Positions 10,163-16,965 of a DNA stretch of 64,000 nt are shown here, in pieces (the stretch's first letter is position 1; every line of letters begins with the position of its first letter). The position numbers and the translations under genes are program-made. The stretch is from a virus (lineage: Duplodnaviria; Caudoviricetes), in the IMG/VR virus record IMGVR_UViG_3300014968_000012, positions 23,250-87,249 of that record. One strand, given 5' to 3'. Under the pieces are notes generated by a model, which saw only the letters and a program-made list of their open reading frames with translations, was not told where the DNA came from and did no database searches.

Positions 10163-10229
10163 CGGGCCGTGGGCGGCCCCGGCGAGCGCGCCGGGGCCGT
10201 CGGCGCCGCCGAGCGTGCTCGCCGGTGCG

Positions 10230-10250
10230 GTGACAGGCCGGGCCTGTCAC
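10230..10250. promoter_or_regulatory. Palindromic operator-like site, copy 1
   Basis: GTGACAGG-ccggg-CCTGTCAC. Confidence 0.75.
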
Positions 10251-10386
10251 CGGTTCGGGGCCGGACCAGCGCGCGCGGCGCCCCTCTTCTGGATCTTGAA
10301 GTGATCGTCCCGAAAACGTTTCATTACAAGATTGCACTGCACTGCATTGCAAATCTGAAATGAAATCCTTAGTAAGGGTTGAACCC

Positions 10387-11199
10387 ATGACGAACCCCTG
10401 TACATGGCCCGTCGATACCTCGTGCGTCCCGGACTTCGCCGCCATCCCGTCCGACCTGTGGAGCACGTGCGTGGAGGCCGCCACCGGCATGCTGTGGCGC
10501 CTGACCGGCCGCAAGTTCGGCACGTGCCCGCGCATCGTGCGCCCGTGCCGCCGGCTCTGCGCGTCGCTGGGCTGGGGCATGGGGTGGGGGCCGTGGTGGA
10601 ACGGCTTCGGCGGCGGCTACTTCAATCCCGCGATCATCAATGGCGCGTGGATCAACTTGGTGTGCGGCTCGTGCACCGACGACTGTTCGTGCACGTACGT
10701 CCAGGCGCTTGAGCTCCCCGCCCCGATCGACAGCATCACCGCGATTTGGCAGAACGGCGCCACGCTGGACCCGTCGGCGTACCGGGTCGTCAACAAGTCC
10801 ACGGTCTACCGGACCGACGGCCAGGGGTGGCCCTACTGCCAGCGCCTTGACCTCCCGCTGACCTCACCCGACACGCTGGGCGTGAGCTATCAGTGGGGTG
10901 AGCCGGTCCCGGCCGGCGGCGCGATGATGACCGCCGTCCTGGCCCGGGAGCTCGTCAACGCGTGCACCGCCGGCAAGTGCCGGCTACCCGGCCGCGTCAC
11001 GAACGTGTCCCGCGACGGCGTGACCATGACGCTGGACCCGGAACTGTTCTACAAACTGCGCATGACCGGGCTCCCCGAGGTAGACCAGTGGATCGCGTCG
11101 GTGAACCCGTACGGCAACGTCCGGCCGCCTTACATCCGCTTCCCCGGCGACCGGCGCCCCAGCGTCCAGACCTTCCCCACCCCCGAGATCACGCCGTGA
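10387..11199 (+). CDS. Head-to-tail adaptor
   Basis: AT..LW.LTGRKFG.CP..VRPC, LA.EL..AC...CRLP.RV..VSR.GVT, TGL.EVD.WI..VNP motifs. Confidence 0.8.
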   Translation: MTNPCTWPVDTSCVPDFAAIPSDLWSTCVEAATGMLWRLTGRKFGTCPRIVRPCRRLCASLGWGMGWGPWWNGFGGGYFNPAIINGAWINLVCGSCTDDCSCTYVQALELPAPIDSITAIWQNGATLDPSAYRVVNKSTVYRTDGQGWPYCQRLDLPLTSPDTLGVSYQWGEPVPAGGAMMTAVLARELVNACTAGKCRLPGRVTNVSRDGVTMTLDPELFYKLRMTGLPEVDQWIASVNPYGNVRPPYIRFPGDRRPSVQTFPTPEITP

Positions 11200-11660
11200 G
11201 CCAAGCGCCGGCGGCGCCGCTGGGGATCGTCCCGGTGTCGTTCGCCGACGCCTGCGACTTCGTCCGGGCCTGGCACCGGCACCACCGGCCGCCGATCGGC
11301 TACAAATTCTGCATCGGCCTGGCCGCCGGCGCCGAGCTCGCCGGCGTCGCCATCGTCGGCCGGCCCGTCGCCCGACACCTCGCCGACGGCTACACGCTGG
11401 AGGTGACGCGCACGGCCGTGGCCGACGACGTCCCCAACGGAAACTCCATGCTCTACGGCGCGTGCTGGCGCGCGGCCCGGGCCCTGGGATACCGGCGCCT
11501 GATCACCTACACGCAGGACGGCGAGTCCGGCGCGTCGCTGCGGGGCGCCGGATGGCGGGTGGTCGGCCAGCGCCGGCCGCGCCCCGGGTGGGACACCCCG
11601 GCCCGGCCGCGACGGCTGAGCGGGACCGAGAACGTACAACGCACTCTGTGGGAGGCATGA
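11196..11660 (+). CDS. XF1762-family / Mom-like GNAT-fold protein
   Basis: FV..WHRHHRPP.G.KF.IG, GVAIVGRPVAR.L.DG.TLEV.R, N.SMLYGACWRAARALGYRRLITYT..GESGASLR.AGW. Confidence 0.8.
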   Translation: MSQAPAAPLGIVPVSFADACDFVRAWHRHHRPPIGYKFCIGLAAGAELAGVAIVGRPVARHLADGYTLEVTRTAVADDVPNGNSMLYGACWRAARALGYRRLITYTQDGESGASLRGAGWRVVGQRRPRPGWDTPARPRRLSGTENVQRTLWEA

Positions 11661-11663
11661 ACC

Positions 11664-12350
11664 ATGTCCGACGGCTACACCTGGGGCCAGGACAACGCCC
11701 CCACGTGCACACCCCGCGCCACGATGCGCACCGTCCTGGCCGAGCTCGCCCCGACCACCGACCCGGGCCCGATCCCCGAGACGATCCCCGCGCAGGACCC
11801 GCCGGGCATCTCCAGTTGTGAACTCTTGATCGCGACCGTTCTCAACTGCGTGTGCGTGGAACTCAACACCAAGGGCCGGCCGGTGTGCTCGTGCGCGATC
11901 CGGCACGCGATCCAGTGGCCGTCCATGGAAGGGTGCTGCGAGTGCGACTCCCCGGGCGGGGTGGGCGGCGTGCACGGCCAGGCTTGGGCCCGGTTCCAGC
12001 GCATCGACGCCGTCCCCTCGTCCACCGCGCTGGCCGACGACACCTCGTGCGACCAGTCCGTACAGTTCGTCTTTGACGTCGGGGTCCACCGGTGCGTCCC
12101 GGCGTTCGGCGATGAGAACGGCGGCCCGGTCAGCCCGGCGACCTACACGGCGGACGCGCTCGCGCTGATCAACGACGAAGCCCACATCCGGCGCGGGATC
12201 CTGTGCTGTCCCGAGCCCGGATACGGCTCGGTCCTGACCGGGTGGCGCTGGAAGGTGACGCAGTCCCTACCGCTCGGGCCGCTCGGCGGGTGCGCCGGCG
12301 TGGTGGTCACGGTGACCGCCACCGGCGTACAGCGGATCGGGATCCAGTAG
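11664..12350 (+). CDS. Tail terminator-like protein
   Basis: Position in the neck module; Cys-rich C..GQAWAR and V.V.RC...PLGP.GGC.G pattern. Confidence 0.6.
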   Translation: MSDGYTWGQDNAPTCTPRATMRTVLAELAPTTDPGPIPETIPAQDPPGISSCELLIATVLNCVCVELNTKGRPVCSCAIRHAIQWPSMEGCCECDSPGGVGGVHGQAWARFQRIDAVPSSTALADDTSCDQSVQFVFDVGVHRCVPAFGDENGGPVSPATYTADALALINDEAHIRRGILCCPEPGYGSVLTGWRWKVTQSLPLGPLGGCAGVVVTVTATGVQRIGIQ

Positions 12351-12392
12351 CCCGGGCCCGGGCCGCCCGGGCGCCGGTTCGGCGCCCGACCG

Positions 12393-12413
12393 GTGACAGG
12401 TCGGCCCTGTCAC
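12393..12413. promoter_or_regulatory. Palindromic operator-like site, copy 2
   Basis: GTGACAGG-tcggc-CCTGTCAC. Confidence 0.75.
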
Positions 12414-12481
12414 CCAACCGGCGCGCGCTGCGGGCCGCGGCCGGCGCGGCGCGGCCCCGAGCTCGGCGCGGTGGGGGCCCC

Positions 12482-13651
12482 TCAGAGCCCGGCCGTCTTC
12501 AGGCCCGCCGCGGTGGCGAGCAGCTGGACGCGGGGACGGTTGGCGGCCTGCGGGGCGACCAGGCACAGACTCCGTATCGCCGCGGCCGCCGACGGCTGGT
12601 CACCGGCGGCCAGGTGGGTGCGGGTCACGTCGTACCAGTAGCGTTCTCGCCGTTCGGTGCTGGCCAGCGCGCCGGGGTTGACCAGCCCGGCATAGCGCAG
12701 GGCGGCGCCGACGTCGGCAAGGTTGTTGTGCACGCTGATCCCGTAGTGGTCGGCTTGGGCGGGCCCGAAGAACCACAGGCCGTGTGCCTGTTCGCTGGGG
12801 AACCGGGAGGCGAGCTCGCGCCCCTCGCGGTAGTAGGCGGCGGCGTCGTGCGGCTTGCCGGCCATGCCGGCGGTGTAGGCGGCCGTGAGATAGAGGTGAC
12901 CTCGGGTGGCCAGTGCCAGGGGGCTGTTCGGGGCGTCGGCGGCCACGCGCTCGGCGGCGGCTTCGGCCATCTCATACCCGGGCCGGGGCTTGCCGGCGTG
13001 CCGCAGCATCACGCACATCATCCATGCGGCGTTGGCGTGGCTGATCGGGTCGCCGGCGAGCTCGGCGGACCTCAGTGCCCGGTCGGCGGTGAGGTACGCG
13101 TACGAGTCGTCGCCGACTTTCAGGAAGTGCTCTGTCGCCAGGACGTTGACCTGGACTTTCAGCGCGTGGTCGTCGGAGTTGTGCGCGAGGTTCAACAGGG
13201 CCGGGACGAGGTCGGTGAGTTGGGCGTACTGAGCCTCGCGGTAGAGGCGCTGGGCCCGGGCCAGTTCGGTACGCAGGTCAGCGGGCGGGATCGTGGCGCC
13301 GTTCGGGCGAAACAGCGCGACTTCGGCCGTGACGGTGGCGGCCACGGCGAGGAATGCACGACGGGGGAGCAATGGATCATCCTTGTCTGTCTTGGCGGCG
13401 CGTCTGGGGTAGAACCCTAGTTCCGCGTCACCGCCCGGGGCGTCCAAGATCAACGCGTACGCCTCGCGCGTCGCCTTGTTGGGCCACGTGGTGAGCCCGC
13501 GTTCCACGCGCCCGATTGCCTGATAGTCCACCCGGGGGCGGGGGTGGCCGGCGGCCTCCACGGCATTGCAGATTGCTTCGGCCAGGCCCTCTTGCGTCAG
13601 GCCCTTGGCCTTCCGCCGTCTCCGAATCTCGTGGTTCGGCTTGATTGTCAC
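12482..13651 (-). CDS. XRE-family HTH transcriptional regulator with a helical (TPR-like) C-terminal domain
   Basis: IRRRRKAKGLTQEGLAEAI...IGRVERG N-terminal HTH; long helical C-terminus typical of actinomycete XRE regulators. Confidence 0.85.
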   Translation of the reverse strand: MTIKPNHEIRRRRKAKGLTQEGLAEAICNAVEAAGHPRPRVDYQAIGRVERGLTTWPNKATREAYALILDAPGGDAELGFYPRRAAKTDKDDPLLPRRAFLAVAATVTAEVALFRPNGATIPPADLRTELARAQRLYREAQYAQLTDLVPALLNLAHNSDDHALKVQVNVLATEHFLKVGDDSYAYLTADRALRSAELAGDPISHANAAWMMCVMLRHAGKPRPGYEMAEAAAERVAADAPNSPLALATRGHLYLTAAYTAGMAGKPHDAAAYYREGRELASRFPSEQAHGLWFFGPAQADHYGISVHNNLADVGAALRYAGLVNPGALASTERRERYWYDVTRTHLAAGDQPSAAAAIRSLCLVAPQAANRPRVQLLATAAGLKTAGL

Positions 13652-13733
13652 ACAATCAGGCTACTTACAGCGTGCGCTATCTGCCTGATTTTTTGCCCTT
13701 CCGCTGAAACGTCGCAGGTAGGACGCTTGAGAC

Positions 13734-13994
13734 ATGACTACGCCGCCATGCACTGATATCGAACTCCCGCCCTTACACGCGGTGGTCCAGGACGACCGGA
13801 ACGGGCTGATCGGGATCGTGGCCGAGCGCCGCCACAAGGACGGCTATGTGTTCATCGACATGGGCGCGCACGTGGAGTGGGGCGTCCCGCTGGTCCACGC
13901 CGTGACGCTCGGCGGCTGGACGGGGCGCCAGGTGATCCCGGGCCCGCGCTCGGCGCCGCCGATCGAGTCCTACACGGACGACGACGAGCCATGA
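13734..13994 (+). CDS. Hypothetical protein
   Basis: Divergent from the XRE gene; globular composition. Confidence 0.55.
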   Translation: MTTPPCTDIELPPLHAVVQDDRNGLIGIVAERRHKDGYVFIDMGAHVEWGVPLVHAVTLGGWTGRQVIPGPRSAPPIESYTDDDEP

Positions 13995-14347
13995 TCCCGT
14001 GCCGCTCGTGCTGGGGCTCGGGCATGCGCACCGTCTACGGGCGCGGGGGGGCGCCCGTCCTGGCCACGCCGTGTCCGTGTCCCGCCGGCCTGATGGCGGC
14101 GCGGCGCGCGGCGTTCGGGGCGTTGCGGGCGGCGCCGGCGGTATTCCAGACGCAGACGCCGGCGCCGCCCGTGACACCCTCCATGCCCGACGCGGGGTTG
14201 CCCCTGTCCCCGCTGGCCGAACCGGCGCCGCTCCCGCCGATCCCGTCCCTGGTCTCCGGTCAGCTCTTCGCGACCCTGCGCGAGATGCACCGCCGTACGC
14301 CCCCGTACGGCGCGCCCCCGCTGGAGCTACGCACCGCCGCGGCGTAG
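13991..14347 (+). CDS. Hypothetical protein with CxxC...CxC
   Basis: ATGA overlap with the upstream gene; MIPCRSCWGSG...PCPC. Confidence 0.5.
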   Translation: MIPCRSCWGSGMRTVYGRGGAPVLATPCPCPAGLMAARRAAFGALRAAPAVFQTQTPAPPVTPSMPDAGLPLSPLAEPAPLPPIPSLVSGQLFATLREMHRRTPPYGAPPLELRTAAA

Positions 14348-14403
14348 ACGGTGAGCGCGGCCGCCTACGCTGATCAGCACCCGGACCGACATACCGTTGA
14401 TAT

Positions 14404-14880
14404 GTGGCCGTCGCCCGGGTTGTGATCAACGACGCCGCGCTGTCCCGACTCCTCAGGGGTCAGGACGGCGCGGTGGTCAAGGCGATGGCCGACGTCGGCC
14501 GGAAGGTCAGCAACGAAGCCAAGAGGCGATGCCCCGTCGATGAGGGCCGCCTACGCGCGTCGATCACCTCCACGACTCAGGTTGAAGGGAACCTGGTCGT
14601 CACGCGGGTGGGGACGCCGGTGGAGTACGCGTTGTACGTCCACAACGGGACCGGCATCTACGGTCCGTCCGGGATGCCCATCACCCCCAAGCGCGGTACC
14701 GGCCGGCTCGGTCACCGCGCGGCGCTGCGGTGGGTCCCGCGCGGCGGTGAGGCCGTGTACGCGTTCTGGGTCAGGGGCGTGAAGGGTCGGCCCTTCCTCA
14801 CGGACGCCCTGCGCGAGGTGCTTAAGCCGCTGGGGTGGCCGATCACGTACCGTAAGCCGACCGGCGGACCAGGGGCCTGA
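14404..14880 (+). CDS. HK97 gp10-like tail completion protein
   Basis: AKRRCPVDEGRLRASI...VGTPVEYALYVHNGTG...G.KGRPFLTDAL. Confidence 0.85.
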   Translation: MAVARVVINDAALSRLLRGQDGAVVKAMADVGRKVSNEAKRRCPVDEGRLRASITSTTQVEGNLVVTRVGTPVEYALYVHNGTGIYGPSGMPITPKRGTGRLGHRAALRWVPRGGEAVYAFWVRGVKGRPFLTDALREVLKPLGWPITYRKPTGGPGA

Positions 14881-14900
14881 AATCGGTATAACCTGCGCAC

Positions 14901-15431
14901 ATGACCGGATCTACTCACGAACTGGGACAGGTCGCGTACGAGGCGTACGCGGACGCCGTGGACTGGACCGCCTTCAACGGCGAGCGAATCCAGACCTGGG
15001 ACAACCAGGACCCCGCACGCCGCGCCGCATGGGCCGCGTCCGCCGAACGCGTCGAAGCGCTCACCAAAGCGCGCATCGCCGCCGGCCTCGTCTCCTCCCT
15101 CCCGCACGGGTGCCGCAGCAAGGCCCTGGAGTGCATCACCGCGGCGTCGCTGGCCGGTGAGGACACCGGCGCGCCGGCCGCGCTCACCGGGTGCTCGTCG
15201 TCGCAGTCCGCTGACGCCACCGCCTCGTGCCCGGGCGGCACGTGCGACGGCACCGGCACGCTGACGCTCTCCGAGCCGCCGGCCGACGCCGCCCCCGCCG
15301 ACGAGCCGGCGACGCCCGAGCCTGCACAGTCCTCGGACGCCGACTACGCCACCGGCGGCACCGTCCCGGCCCCGGCCCAGAGCCCGGACGCCGCGTGGCC
15401 GGCCTCGTCCGCGTCGGCGGCCGCCGAGTGA
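14901..15431 (+). CDS. Hypothetical protein (AYEAY...W...AW domain)
   Basis: GQVAYEAYADAV...W.......AAW..SA N-terminal domain plus a low-complexity tail. Confidence 0.65.
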   Translation: MTGSTHELGQVAYEAYADAVDWTAFNGERIQTWDNQDPARRAAWAASAERVEALTKARIAAGLVSSLPHGCRSKALECITAASLAGEDTGAPAALTGCSSSQSADATASCPGGTCDGTGTLTLSEPPADAAPADEPATPEPAQSSDADYATGGTVPAPAQSPDAAWPASSASAAAE

Positions 15432-15913
15432 TCGCCGCCCCGGACCGGCACGCCGACGAGGCCGTGTCGTACGAGGCGCCGACCGGCGAGGGTGGCCCCT
15501 GCGTCGCCAAGCCGCGGCCCGAGGTGGACCACGAGGAAGCCGGCGTCCAGCGCACCGGCGTGTGCCGCGATCCGGACGCCCCCCGGTTCGGGGTCGGCGC
15601 CCACATCGCCTATGACGCGTGGCGCGAGCACTTGGGCGGGGTGCTGCCCACCGGGCACGCGCTCCCCGACCTGGACGAACTCAACCCGTACGTCTCGGAC
15701 GCGTGGGACCAGGCCGGCGCGGCGTTCCTCCACGCCGTGTCCCTCACGGTCACCGACGCCGTCCAGGACGGCGCCGCCGACGCCGTGGGCGAGGCGTTCG
15801 CGCACGCGATCCACCACACCCGCCGGCCCGCCGACGCCGTGGGCGGCGTGGTCCTGGTGCCGCTGCGGGAGCTCGGCGCGGCCGCGGCGAGGAAGGGGCG
15901 CGCGCGATGGTGA
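15428..15913 (+). CDS. Hypothetical protein, paralogous to the upstream gene
   Basis: GTGA overlap; AHIAYDAW...LP..DEL...AW. Confidence 0.6.
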   Translation: MIAAPDRHADEAVSYEAPTGEGGPCVAKPRPEVDHEEAGVQRTGVCRDPDAPRFGVGAHIAYDAWREHLGGVLPTGHALPDLDELNPYVSDAWDQAGAAFLHAVSLTVTDAVQDGAADAVGEAFAHAIHHTRRPADAVGGVVLVPLRELGAAAARKGRARW

Positions 15914-16338
15914 CGCGCGGCAAGACGCCGCCGCCCCGCAGCGCAACCGGTAGCCGGTCCCGGGCCGGCGGCCGCGCGCCGGTCAAGGTGACCACGCCCA
16001 AGCCGAAGAACCTCGCGGACAAGTACCCGTTCGAACTGGGCGGCGTCACATACCACGCGAGGATGCCGAAGGACTTCGTGTGGATGCACATGGCGGCCGC
16101 CCGGAAGGCCGGCGCGAGCGGCGAGCAGAAAGCCGACGCCATGGTGTTGTTCCTGGACGCTTGTCTGACGCCGGCCGAGCGTGAGGACATCCGGAACCGG
16201 ATGCTGACGCCGCCGGAGGAAGACCCGGTGTCCGGCGTGGAGCTCTTGAAGGCGATCGACGCCCTGGCAGAGGTCTGGCGGCCGCTGATTGAGGCTGAGT
16301 TCGATCGCGCGATGGCGCGCCTGGACGAAGCCGATTAG
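15907..16338 (+). CDS. Tail assembly chaperone (G-like)
   Basis: Two genes upstream of the tape measure; FELGG.TY.ARMPK...FLDACL..AERE.I..RM pattern. Confidence 0.7.
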   Translation: MVTRGKTPPPRSATGSRSRAGGRAPVKVTTPKPKNLADKYPFELGGVTYHARMPKDFVWMHMAAARKAGASGEQKADAMVLFLDACLTPAEREDIRNRMLTPPEEDPVSGVELLKAIDALAEVWRPLIEAEFDRAMARLDEAD

Positions 16339-16343
16339 GGGTC

Positions 16344-16907
16344 GTGTTGGGGATCCCGGCGCGGTCGGCACAGGCCGACGTGGACGGCCACCTGGTCGAA
16401 CTGTCGGACTTTGCCGACCCGCCGGGCATCATCGAATCTCTGGGGACCGGCGACTGGTGGCGCCTGTTCTGCATGATCGATCAGCCGGACCATGAGCTGT
16501 ACCGGCGTATCTGCGACCGGCGCGACGGCTTCGACGCCGCGGCCGCGCTGTCCCTGACGCGCGTCCTGGTGGAGACGCTGACCGGCTACCCGTTCTTCAC
16601 GGCGTGCTCTCTGGCCGCCACGGCGGTGTCCGACTGGGCCACCCTGGACGGGATGGCGGCCTATCAGGGCTTCGACCCCTGGACCGCTCCCGTGGCCCGG
16701 ACGCTCGCGTTCGTCCACCACTGCCTGAAAACCTCCCGGGACACGCCCGGCGATCTCGCGCGTCTGGAGCACCAGTTGGCCGGCCCCGAGGCGGACGAGG
16801 ACCGCCCGCGCGCCCCTGACTCGTCGCTGGCGCGCGCTGAGGCGTCGATGGTGAACGAGTGGCTGGGCTACTTCGGCGACGGCGGCGAATCCTTGTACGG
16901 AGGATGA
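16344..16907 (+). CDS. Tail assembly chaperone (T-like) / pre-tape-measure protein
   Basis: Immediately upstream of the tape measure; W..LDG.AA..G.DP...P..R.L..V pattern. Confidence 0.65.
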   Translation: MLGIPARSAQADVDGHLVELSDFADPPGIIESLGTGDWWRLFCMIDQPDHELYRRICDRRDGFDAAAALSLTRVLVETLTGYPFFTACSLAATAVSDWATLDGMAAYQGFDPWTAPVARTLAFVHHCLKTSRDTPGDLARLEHQLAGPEADEDRPRAPDSSLARAEASMVNEWLGYFGDGGESLYGG

Positions 16908-16965
16908 CAACGCCTATTCTTGTCACTGACCGGATATCGGACATCGGGGACAAGGCGGCACAAGA

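Noticed and set aside
12482-13994. Arbitrium/RRNPP peptide communication system (HTH-TPR plus a small gene)
   Set aside because: The adjacent small genes have no signal peptide or propeptide features
16290-16346. Programmed -1 frameshift joining the two tail chaperone genes
   Set aside because: The -1 frame is open only from 16299, and no XXXYYYZ slippery heptamer lies between there and the TAG at 16336-38; the second gene has its own GTG
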